Part shown: one piece after another, positions 8,551-16,987 of the stretch
Layout: every line of letters begins with the position of its first letter
How positions within the stretch are numbered: position 1 is the first letter of the stretch
Source: Eubacteriales bacterium
GTDB lineage: Bacteria; Bacillota; Clostridia; Oscillospirales; CAG-382
NCBI GenBank assembly: GCA_045537905.1
Contig: JAZSQJ010000067.1
Coordinates: 2,493 to 66,492, forward strand
Direction of reading: 5' to 3'
Length of the DNA: 64,000 nt
Program-made: the position numbers and the translations under genes
Notes under the pieces: generated by a model
Databases searched by the model: none
Told to the model about the DNA's origin: nothing
Seen by the model: the letters and a program-made list of their open reading frames with translations, nothing else

Positions 8551-9929
8551 AGTCCAATTAGTTTAAGCAGGTCGTATACACTGCGGATAGGCACAATTTC
8601 TACGCCTTTTCCGCTGTAGGTGTTCTTTAGCTTTTTAGCAGAATGCATTGGCACGGCTATTGTTTTGAAGCCAAGCCTAATAGCTTCGTTTATTCTGAGC
8701 TCCATACCTGCAACGGAGCGGCATTCTCCCGCAAGACCAATCTCGCCAAAAACAATGGTGTCCTCGGGTATCGGCTTGTCCTTCATCGAAGATATAAGCG
8801 CCAATGCCGCCGGCATATCGCTGGCAGTTTCATAAAGCTGTATACCTCCTGTAACGTTAAGGTACACTTCCAGTGTTGAAAACTTAAGACCTAAGCGTTT
8901 TTCCAGCACTGCCAGAAGCAAGGCAGAACGGTTGTAGTCTATACCGGAGGTCATTCTTCTTGGAGACGGTGTCGGAGACGGATTTACAAGAGCCTGTATC
9001 TCTGCAATTATAGGTCTGGTGCCTTCCATAACGCATACTGCGCAAGAGCCTGAAACTCCGTGGGGTCTTTGAGAAAGAAGCATCTCTGAGGGATTGGGCA
9101 CTTCCGTAAGTCCTCGTTCGCCCATTTCAAAAACGCCAATTTCGTTGGTGGAGCCAAATCTGTTTTTAGCCGCTCTTATGATCCTGTATAAAAGCTGCTT
9201 GTTACCTTCAAAATATAAAACAGAGTCCACCATATGCTCAAGAACCTTAGGGCCTGCAATGGCACCGTCCTTGTTGACGTGACCTACAATTATAACGGCA
9301 ACGCCCAAAGTCTTTGCCAGGTTAATCATACACATTGCACTTTGCTTAACTTGGGTTACGGTACCGGGCATAGAGTTAAGATTATCGTCATACATAGTTT
9401 GTATAGAGTCGATAATAACAACCTTAGGTGACAGCACCTCAATCTCGGTATATATGGTATTTATATTGGTTTCGCACAGTATCGAAAGGTTATCAGAGCT
9501 TACACCAAGTCTCTCGGCACGGTGTTTAATCTGAGGAGCACTCTCCTCACCGGATACGTATAAGATACTGGCGTTGGCACCAACGGCGTCACATATCTGA
9601 AGCAGCAGGGTACTCTTCCCTATTCCGGGCTCACCCGAAAGCAAAACAACACTTCCCTCGACTATACCACCGCCCAGCACACGGTCATATTCGCCTATCC
9701 CTGTTGAAAACCTAAACCTGTCGGAATAACTGATGTCTTTAATTTTCATTGATTTGGAGACGATATTTTGCGTTGTGGAAGCAGAAGTCCTTTTCATAGG
9801 GCTTTTTTTCTTTTCCTCGGGCTCTATTAGCTTTTCAACCATGCTGTTCCACTCTCCGCACATAGGACAGCGTCCAACCCATTTGGAGGTAGTGTATTCA
9901 CAGTTGCCGCACACAAATTGCGTTTTCAT
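8547..9929 (-). CDS. radA: DNA repair protein RadA/Sms
   Basis: N-terminal Zn finger CGNCEYTTSKWVGRCPMCGEW, Walker A GEPGIGKST, the KNRFG motif, and a Lon-like C-terminal domain. Confidence 0.95.
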   Translation of the reverse strand: MKTQFVCGNCEYTTSKWVGRCPMCGEWNSMVEKLIEPEEKKKSPMKRTSASTTQNIVSKSMKIKDISYSDRFRFSTGIGEYDRVLGGGIVEGSVVLLSGEPGIGKSTLLLQICDAVGANASILYVSGEESAPQIKHRAERLGVSSDNLSILCETNINTIYTEIEVLSPKVVIIDSIQTMYDDNLNSMPGTVTQVKQSAMCMINLAKTLGVAVIIVGHVNKDGAIAGPKVLEHMVDSVLYFEGNKQLLYRIIRAAKNRFGSTNEIGVFEMGERGLTEVPNPSEMLLSQRPHGVSGSCAVCVMEGTRPIIAEIQALVNPSPTPSPRRMTSGIDYNRSALLLAVLEKRLGLKFSTLEVYLNVTGGIQLYETASDMPAALALISSMKDKPIPEDTIVFGEIGLAGECRSVAGMELRINEAIRLGFKTIAVPMHSAKKLKNTYSGKGVEIVPIRSVYDLLKLIGL

Positions 9930-9932
9930 TTT

Positions 9933-10655
9933 TTAACACTCCTGTAAAAACTTTATAATTCCTGTATAAATAGCAAAAGCCAGTTTACTCTGATATTCCT
10001 CTGAAGACAGCAGTTTTGCTTCATCCGGGTTCGAAATAAAGCCGCACTCAATCAAAACTGCAGTCTTGGTAGCATTGCTTAGTATATAAATATTATCGTC
10101 ATCCGGCTTAATTTGACGTTTGTTGTCCTTATCCAGCAGTCTTGCCGCCTCTTGAATACAGCCGGCAAGGCTTTCGCTATCCGCAGTATCATCGGCGTAA
10201 AAGGTTTGTAATCCGTGTACACCGGAGGATGTAAACTTGTTTATATGGATGCTTACCAAAAGGGCATTTTCAGTTTTTTCCAGCATTTCAAGTCTTGCCC
10301 TCAGGTCAGCGCTTTTATGTGCGCGTACGGTATCGCCGCTACCAAGCAAGGTGTCGTCGGTTCTTGTTAAAACCAGGTCAACACCTGATAGACTTAAAAA
10401 GCTGCTTAGCTTTTTAGCTATGGCTAAATTAAGGTCCTTTTCTATAAGTCCGTTGGCAACTGCACCGGGGTCAATACCGCCGTGTCCCGCATCAATGATT
10501 AGGGTTTTCCTGCGTTGCAAATCAGCGTTCGTTTCCAGTAAAGCGTTTTTGTAGCCATAGGATTTTGAATAGGCAGAAAAACAAAAGAAAAAAACCGTAA
10601 CAACAATAAGCAAGATGATAAGTATGCTTGTTATCGTAATGTTTCTGTATCTCAT
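9933..10655 (-). CDS. cwlD: N-acetylmuramoyl-L-alanine amidase, CwlD-like (membrane-anchored, spore-cortex type)
   Basis: N-terminal TM segment, then amidase_3 motifs IIDAGHGGIDPGA, VSIHINK and LIECGFISN. The ~240-aa size is typical of CwlD. Confidence 0.8.
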   Translation of the reverse strand: MRYRNITITSILIILLIVVTVFFFCFSAYSKSYGYKNALLETNADLQRRKTLIIDAGHGGIDPGAVANGLIEKDLNLAIAKKLSSFLSLSGVDLVLTRTDDTLLGSGDTVRAHKSADLRARLEMLEKTENALLVSIHINKFTSSGVHGLQTFYADDTADSESLAGCIQEAARLLDKDNKRQIKPDDDNIYILSNATKTAVLIECGFISNPDEAKLLSSEEYQSKLAFAIYTGIIKFLQEC

Positions 10656-10664
10656 AAAAACACA

Positions 10665-10699
10665 CCGCCGTCATTTTTTATAAAAATATATGACGGCGG
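10665..10699 (-). terminator. Hairpin (terminator-like) directly upstream of the cwlD start codon
   Basis: ccgccgtcat / atgacggcgg 10-bp stem with a 15-nt AT loop. On the minus strand it is followed by tgtgttttt and then the cwlD ATG (10655). Confidence 0.55.
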
Positions 10700-10714
10700 C
10701 CTATAAATAATACG

Positions 10715-11317
10715 CTATTTTGATTTTTTAATAGGCTGGTCGGTTGTAGGAGCCATACCGAAATACGTCTTAAGCTGAATATCTTTCGTACCAAGATAAT
10801 AACCGAGACCGTAGCCAAGGATTGCGGGGATTAAATACAATACAAAGAAAAAGCCGTAGGTTTGAGGAAAAATATCGGGCAAGCCGTAGGAGATACCCAG
10901 ATACATACCGTTGCAAAGAAAAATGGTAAACGCCTTGAAAACAGCCGCTACGGAATCAACCGCTGTGTAGCCCATAAGAGAAATGGCTGTCAAAACCACG
11001 AAAGGTACAAGGAAAAGATACGTGGGGATATAGGCAAACAAAGCTACCTTTACACCGTGAAAGGGTCTGGGAGAAAGACGGTTGTTGGTAATTTTGTTTC
11101 TGTCACGGGCACCCTCGTCCCAAGCGTTATCATAAAGTAAGGAAACAAAGAAGCACGCCGCTATAACAGTGGTAACGTACATGGCAATATCACCGAAAGC
11201 AGACATAGCAATGATTGTCATAAAGCCAAACAACGACATTGCCAGCTGATTAAGTAAAAATTTGTGTATTAGCTTCATATTGCCAAGGTAAAAGTTTTTC
11301 ATATCAATTGTCCTCAT
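10715..11317 (-). CDS. Hypothetical integral membrane protein
   Basis: Five to six hydrophobic segments. Overlaps the upstream zincin-like gene. No recognisable motif. Confidence 0.6.
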   Translation of the reverse strand: MRTIDMKNFYLGNMKLIHKFLLNQLAMSLFGFMTIIAMSAFGDIAMYVTTVIAACFFVSLLYDNAWDEGARDRNKITNNRLSPRPFHGVKVALFAYIPTYLFLVPFVVLTAISLMGYTAVDSVAAVFKAFTIFLCNGMYLGISYGLPDIFPQTYGFFFVLYLIPAILGYGLGYYLGTKDIQLKTYFGMAPTTDQPIKKSK

Positions 11318-11711
11318 TAAAAAGTTTAATATCCTTAGTCGGCATATAAACGCCTGTATTGCTATAGATTTCTTGCTGAATTTTGTCCTTCAGCTCCAAA
11401 TCGTGCACACCTGCCAAAGACTGGTTGTGGTGGGTAAGCTCGTGTATCAGCACCTCTTTAAGCCGCCTATGCCATACTTCGGCACCTGCGTGCCTGTACA
11501 CGCGGAGAAAAGAGCCGTAATAAATGAATATGTATCTGCCCATTTGCCTGTTCTTAAAATACTGTCCAAGGACGTACATTCCCTTTGTTTTATCGCTTAG
11601 CTTACACTCCGGCACAAGGGATACACCGCCGTTAAGGTAGCGTAACAGCTCCTCGGGTAGCTCGCTAAGCACGTCGTCAAGATATAGAGCGGCATCATCA
11701 AAGGAAAGCAT
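11304..11711 (-). CDS. Small zincin-like metallopeptidase-family protein
   Basis: HELTHH (HExxH) in a ~135-aa soluble protein, which is the minimal zincin architecture. Confidence 0.7.
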   Translation of the reverse strand: MLSFDDAALYLDDVLSELPEELLRYLNGGVSLVPECKLSDKTKGMYVLGQYFKNRQMGRYIFIYYGSFLRVYRHAGAEVWHRRLKEVLIHELTHHNQSLAGVHDLELKDKIQQEIYSNTGVYMPTKDIKLFNEDN

Positions 11712-11713
11712 AA

Positions 11714-12469
11714 TTAAAGCTCCATTACCAGACCAACAGGACAGTGGTCGCTGCCCATCACATCGGGATAAATGAGACTGTCCTTGATTTTGTCCTTTAC
11801 ACTATCGGAAACAACAAAGTAATCAATACGCCAACCAACGTTTTTAGCTCTTGCCATAGCACGGTAAGACCACCAGGTATAGGCGTCCTTCATATCGGGA
11901 TACAGATAACGGTAGCTGTCAACAAAGCCTGACTCAAGAAGGGCGGAAAAACAACTGCGTTCTTCGTAAGAAAAGCCCGGGTTGCCGACGTTAGGCTTGG
12001 GGTTTTTAAGGTCTATCTCGTTATGAGCAACATTCAAGTCGCCACAAAGTATTACAGGCTTACTACGGGAGAGATTGGATAAATACATCCTCATATCCTC
12101 CTCGTACTCCATACGGTAATCAATGCGTTTAAGCTCAGGCTGGGCGTTGGGTGAGTAGCTTGTTGCAATATAAAACTCCTCAAACTCAAGAACTATAAGC
12201 CTGCCCTCGTCGTTGTATTTACCGTTTATACCGTATGCAACACTCAAAGGCTTTTCTTTAGAAGCGATAAGAGTGCCGGAGTAGCCTTTTTTATCGGCAG
12301 AGTTCCAATAGGTATAATACCCGTCAAAGCTGAAATCAGCCTGATTTTCTTGCATTTTGGTTTCCTGCACGCAAAAAACATCAGCGTCTGCTTCCTTAAA
12401 AAAGTCAAAAAAGCCTTTGCCGGCGCAAGCTCTAAGCCCGTTAACGTTCCAAGAAATAAACTTTTTCAT
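11714..12469 (-). CDS. xth: Exodeoxyribonuclease III (AP endonuclease)
   Basis: SWNVNGLRA, VFCVQETK and the C-terminal SDHCPV motif. 251 aa. Confidence 0.92.
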   Translation of the reverse strand: MKKFISWNVNGLRACAGKGFFDFFKEADADVFCVQETKMQENQADFSFDGYYTYWNSADKKGYSGTLIASKEKPLSVAYGINGKYNDEGRLIVLEFEEFYIATSYSPNAQPELKRIDYRMEYEEDMRMYLSNLSRSKPVILCGDLNVAHNEIDLKNPKPNVGNPGFSYEERSCFSALLESGFVDSYRYLYPDMKDAYTWWSYRAMARAKNVGWRIDYFVVSDSVKDKIKDSLIYPDVMGSDHCPVGLVMEL

Positions 12470-13689
12470 TACTGCTCGTCCAGGCTGGAGTCTACAGAGG
12501 CCTCAGCGTTTTCTCCATCCAAATATGCGTTATATTCAACCATAAGCTCGGCAAGCAAGCGTGTAACGGCGTTAAACTGATATTGGCTACGCTCATCCTC
12601 GATGCCGCTACGCCCCATAAGGCCTACCAAAACATACTGATGTCCGTCGGCAAACACTACACCTGCATCATTAAATGCCTTACCGCTCCAACCGGATTTA
12701 TGAGCCGCCTCGTACTGAGGAATAGCACGCCAAATATAGTTATACATTGCGTGCATAAATCTGTCAAACAGCTCCGCACCGCTTTCGGAGGACAGGCTGT
12801 AATGGTAAATCTCACGCCATACAGCCGCCATTTCAAAGGCGGTTATATAACCCCAATTGCTACCCACGGGGATAACTCTGTCGGAGCCTAAGGAGGTCAT
12901 CATCTGCTCAAAATTTTCAACACCCACAAGCTCCTTTATCATCAGATAGGCCTGGTTATCGCTTATTCTGATCATATAATCCATAAGAGTTTTTACGTCA
13001 AAGCCTGTGCCGTAGGGAGAGTTTTGAACCCAGCCCGTACTGTTTGCCTGAAAATGCCAAGGCTGATAGGTTTTTATAGTGTCCCAACCGATTATACCGT
13101 CGTCGATACACTTATATGCATAAAGCGCCATAGGCCCTTTTATAGAGCTTGCGGTGGCAATTTTCGTGTCCTTAGAGTAGAAAAACGCCATATTCGTTTC
13201 AAGCTCTATCAAAGCAACAGACTGGGGGTTGGCAAAGGAAGCAAACTGCTTTTCCAGCTTCTTTGCTAACTCCTCACTTATACGGAAATCGGTATTATAA
13301 AGCTCCATTTTACCGTTTTCCCACACCTTGTTCATTTCAAGAGGTGCGCTTATGGGAGTGAACCTGTTTTCCGCAGGCACATCCTCGGAAGAGTCCTCGC
13401 TAATATCCTCAGAGCTGAAATCCTCGCTCGTGTCCTCAGAACCGTCATTACTTTCGGTCCTGCTTTCCTCGGACGAATCCTCCGAAGAGAAGGCAGAATT
13501 TTCCCCAGAGCTATCCTCTGTAGAAGCGTCTGCTGAGGATTGTGCATCATTGCTTACTCCATGAGAGCTGTTCTCTGCGGAGCCGTCAACAGACTGGTCG
13601 GGCTCGGTATAAGCGGAATCGCAAGCGAACATACATATACACATTAAAACACAAAGTATAATGCACAGAAAGCTTTTGAATAATTTCAT
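12469..13689 (-). CDS. Class A beta-lactamase-fold serine hydrolase, lipoprotein with an acidic low-complexity linker
   Basis: Lipobox MFAC. SxxK (SSIK), SDN (ISDNQ) and KSG (HKSGWSG) appear in the canonical order. The stop overlaps the xth start (TAATG). Confidence 0.75.
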   Translation of the reverse strand: MKLFKSFLCIILCVLMCICMFACDSAYTEPDQSVDGSAENSSHGVSNDAQSSADASTEDSSGENSAFSSEDSSEESRTESNDGSEDTSEDFSSEDISEDSSEDVPAENRFTPISAPLEMNKVWENGKMELYNTDFRISEELAKKLEKQFASFANPQSVALIELETNMAFFYSKDTKIATASSIKGPMALYAYKCIDDGIIGWDTIKTYQPWHFQANSTGWVQNSPYGTGFDVKTLMDYMIRISDNQAYLMIKELVGVENFEQMMTSLGSDRVIPVGSNWGYITAFEMAAVWREIYHYSLSSESGAELFDRFMHAMYNYIWRAIPQYEAAHKSGWSGKAFNDAGVVFADGHQYVLVGLMGRSGIEDERSQYQFNAVTRLLAELMVEYNAYLDGENAEASVDSSLDEQ

Positions 13690-13695
13690 AGTAAC

Positions 13696-13932
13696 TTATG
13701 CCCTTTCAGATATAATTGCAACCATTTCTCCAACGTTTTTCATTGTAGAAACTTCCTTCATTGCAAATTTTATACCAAACTCACCCTCTACAGCGGAAAT
13801 AAGAGTAATGTGGGAAAGGCTGTCCCAATCCTCAACGTCCTCGGCGGTGGTTTCTGCGGTAAGTTCAATCTTTTCGTCAAAAACCTCTTCAAATATCTCT
13901 TCAAGCTTTGCGTATATTTCCTTATTAGTCAT
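13696..13932 (-). CDS. Acyl/peptidyl carrier protein (phosphopantetheine attachment site)
   Basis: 78-aa acidic protein with a DWDSLSH serine motif at the expected helix-2 position. Confidence 0.85.
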   Translation of the reverse strand: MTNKEIYAKLEEIFEEVFDEKIELTAETTAEDVEDWDSLSHITLISAVEGEFGIKFAMKEVSTMKNVGEMVAIISERA

Positions 13933-13944
13933 CGTAATCTCTCC

Positions 13945-15720
13945 TTAATTAACTTTTATATACCTGTTTTTGTCAGTATATTTATCAATTTCAAGACGCC
14001 AGACAGTGTTACCCTTTTCATCGGCAGAAAGCAGCTCAAAACCAAAGGCTTTATATAGCTCTCTTACCATATTGTTTTTAGCGGTAGGATAATAATAGCC
14101 TATAATCTCGCTAACTCCCTGTTCTTTGCAACGCTTTACCAGGGTGTCAAGCATTGCAAATTCCATATCCCTTTTAAGCACACGGCAGGACATAATCCAA
14201 AGCTCCATATGCAGTGCTTTTTCCACCTTTTTGCCTATAACAACAGAAACTACGCCGTTGTCGCCAAAGCGGTCGGTCAGCTTACCGTACAGGTCGATGT
14301 ATCCATCGTTCGATGCAACGTCTGCAATTTCATCAGCAGTATAACGCTTGGTTGTAACGTTAAACTGGTTGCTTTTATTTGTAAGCTGGGCAATACGCTG
14401 TATATACACCGGCGCAAAAGAGTCTATCTCTGCTTGCATATCAAGACTTTCAAGATACTTACCGTAATCGGCAAAGCTAAGCTGCTCCTGCTCACGCAGG
14501 GCATTTGCCTTATACATTTCGTTTCTCTTAAGGTCATCCTCGGAAAGAGTAGTAACCTCAAAGTAGCCTGCCCTGTCAATAACCTTAATATAGCTTTCAA
14601 CGGTACCAATCTCGGGCACAGCACAAGGCAGTGACTGTCTGACAATGGCACGCTCTGCCGGGTTATCGTCCACAAAAACAATCGCATCAGAGCCAATATT
14701 TATTTGCTTAGCTATTGCGGCAATGTTAAGATTTTTAGGCTCCCAGTTTGCTTTTATCACCAAAAAATCATCGGGAGACAGTACGCTGTCGGGGTGTTTC
14801 AGTCCCGCAATGGCATTCTCGTGGTCGTTCTTGGAGGATACGCTAAGCATTACGCCTATATCCTTATGCTTTTTGATATAAGACTGAAACTCTGTAAAGG
14901 CTTGCGCCGTAGGAGTTTCGGTGCCAAGCTCAAGCCCCTCAACGCCGTCGTCACCTACAATACCGCCCCAAAGAGTGTTATCCATATCCAAAGCAAAAGC
15001 CTTTTTGTTTTTACCGAATAAGGACTTTATAATGTTACTGAGGTTATAGGAAAACTCGGGTATGGCATCAATCGCCATAATATATTTGTACATATACCAA
15101 CAGGAAGGGTCTGACCATTTATCAAGACCGTAGCAGGCGGAGATATAATTTATATCCTGTACGTAAAAGGACTGATGTGTTATGGCGTACTCTGAAACAA
15201 ACATATTCATACGCTGTATAAAATACGCCTTTCCGTGTATATCAGCCACGTCCTTGTTACCAAGCAAGCGGTAAGATGGCATCTCAAAGTTGTTCTGGAT
15301 AATCGGACAATGATATGCAGCCTCAAGCCTTTGCCACATTTGGGAAAAATGCGCCTTTGCATGCTCAAAAAGCTCCTCACAGCGTTCATTGCTGTCAGCT
15401 ACGGAGGGTAAAAACCTCTCAAGATTACGGGTAGAGGTATGGATGTATATAAGGTCAGGTGAGAACTCCCTAAGAGCTTCGTTTTCAAACATCGCATCCT
15501 GCCAATACTGAGCATATTCTGATTGATAAAAGCAGGGGGCTATACCGTTGTCGAGCAAAAACAGCTCACAAATATCAACGATATCATTGGTTGTAGAGCC
15601 ACCCAGTACGGCAATCTTCTTTGATATACGGCTGCTACCGTCAGCAAGCAACGCCTTTTTTAGCTTTCTTTTGCCTCTTAGTATTTCAGCAGAATTAAAC
15701 GGATATGAAATCAAAGCCAT
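13945..15720 (-). CDS. FkbH-like HAD-IIIC family enzyme (HAD phosphatase core plus C-terminal acyltransferase-like domain)
   Basis: HAD motif I LDMDNTLWGG, the VFVDDNP motif, and a conserved Cys in IMSCRVLKR, as in FkbH-type glyceryl-ACP synthases. Confidence 0.85.
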   Translation of the reverse strand: MALISYPFNSAEILRGKRKLKKALLADGSSRISKKIAVLGGSTTNDIVDICELFLLDNGIAPCFYQSEYAQYWQDAMFENEALREFSPDLIYIHTSTRNLERFLPSVADSNERCEELFEHAKAHFSQMWQRLEAAYHCPIIQNNFEMPSYRLLGNKDVADIHGKAYFIQRMNMFVSEYAITHQSFYVQDINYISACYGLDKWSDPSCWYMYKYIMAIDAIPEFSYNLSNIIKSLFGKNKKAFALDMDNTLWGGIVGDDGVEGLELGTETPTAQAFTEFQSYIKKHKDIGVMLSVSSKNDHENAIAGLKHPDSVLSPDDFLVIKANWEPKNLNIAAIAKQINIGSDAIVFVDDNPAERAIVRQSLPCAVPEIGTVESYIKVIDRAGYFEVTTLSEDDLKRNEMYKANALREQEQLSFADYGKYLESLDMQAEIDSFAPVYIQRIAQLTNKSNQFNVTTKRYTADEIADVASNDGYIDLYGKLTDRFGDNGVVSVVIGKKVEKALHMELWIMSCRVLKRDMEFAMLDTLVKRCKEQGVSEIIGYYYPTAKNNMVRELYKAFGFELLSADEKGNTVWRLEIDKYTDKNRYIKVN

Positions 15721-15742
15721 AATTTACCTCATCAAAAACAGT

Positions 15743-16987
15743 TTAGGGTGCGGTGCGTAAAGTCTCCAGGTATTTGTGTACAGGACCTGTAGCCGTAAAG
15801 GCTGAAACAGCAATAGCTACGTCGGTAGCACCAACGTCCTTACAGAATTTTACGCCGTTTTTTCCATAATATCTTATATCGAGAATATACACCTCGTCAA
15901 AGGAACCAAGGGTGAAAGGTGCAAACGCATTACCATAGCTGTCCTTTAATACCACAAGCTTTCTGCCCGTGTTATTTTTAGTTACAACCTTAACAGCGTA
16001 GGTGTCTCCGCATATAAAAGCGCCCGCATAGCTTTTTGTATCAAACACTATGCTGTTTTTTGTCATATTGGGCTTAGACAAATCGTAATTACCGCGTGTA
16101 TAGTAGTAGGCGGTATACTCAGTCTGAGGCATATAAATATAAAAATCCTCTGGATTTTGTCTTATAACTTCAGCCTTTGAAAAGGTATAAGCAGAGCCTA
16201 TAAAGTTAGGCTTTACAATCTCCTTATAGCTTTCAATAGGCGGAAAGCTTACACCGGCAACCTTTGCAAACTCCTCTGCGGCATAGAAGGCAGCCAAAGC
16301 ACCCCAGTGAAATTCCGTTCTGGGGTAGATGGGCTCATCCACGTGCTTCCATAAAGCGTTATAGGTATCAACAAACTTTACGTCAGAGTTAAGCTTTGCC
16401 TTCATATCGTTAAAGTTGACTTTACCACGCTCTATAAGATTGGAATAGCTTTCAGGTGCGTAATAACAACTGGCGTGGGGGGCAACTACGGTATAGAGAT
16501 TAATACCCTCACCTAGATCTTTTTTGAAATTGTTTACAATATTGCAGAAGCTGGCTCTGTTGCTATCGCCGCCAAAGTATTGCTCCATACCTCTGGTACC
16601 GTTTATGAGTATACCGTTGGAGATAAACACCCTATCGTTAGGCACAGCAACACCGGGAGTGGTGGTAGTACTACCGCCGTTACCGGTAGAAGGCGCTTGA
16701 GAGGAAGAATTATCTTGGGATTCTGCCCTGCTCTCCTCTACGCTTTGTTCTTCACTTGTTTCCTCTGTAGTCTCCTCGCTTGTTTCTTCTGTGGAGGCTG
16801 CCGATTCCTCAGAGCTGTCACCTGCTTCAACAGAAGCGTCAACGGTAGAATCAGTAGTAGAATCAGCAGAGCTGCTTTGTTCACTGCTTGTATCGGCGGC
16901 GGAGCCGTTATCAGGTGTTTTGATTTCCGCACAAGAGGAGATTAAAAGTGTAAAAACCAATAAAGCTGAAATTAAAAACCGTTTCAT
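15743..16987 (-). CDS. DHHW-family (AlgJ/AlgX-like SGNH-type) extracytoplasmic protein, lipoprotein, paralog 1
   Basis: Lipobox ISSC, a ~90-aa S/E/T/D linker, the motif TEFHWGALAAFY (Glu at the Asp position), and LKDSYGNAF. Confidence 0.8.
   Translation of the reverse strand: MKRFLISALLVFTLLISSCAEIKTPDNGSAADTSSEQSSSADSTTDSTVDASVEAGDSSEESAASTEETSEETTEETSEEQSVEESRAESQDNSSSQAPSTGNGGSTTTTPGVAVPNDRVFISNGILINGTRGMEQYFGGDSNRASFCNIVNNFKKDLGEGINLYTVVAPHASCYYAPESYSNLIERGKVNFNDMKAKLNSDVKFVDTYNALWKHVDEPIYPRTEFHWGALAAFYAAEEFAKVAGVSFPPIESYKEIVKPNFIGSAYTFSKAEVIRQNPEDFYIYMPQTEYTAYYYTRGNYDLSKPNMTKNSIVFDTKSYAGAFICGDTYAVKVVTKNNTGRKLVVLKDSYGNAFAPFTLGSFDEVYILDIRYYGKNGVKFCKDVGATDVAIAVSAFTATGPVHKYLETLRTAP

Noticed and set aside
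13328-13564. Small ORFs on both strands inside the acidic linker region of the beta-lactamase-fold gene. Analogous ORFs occur at 16738-17003 and 1027-1314.
   Set aside because: They are low-complexity artefacts of the GAA/GAT/TCC-rich linker-coding DNA. They are fully nested in better-supported genes.
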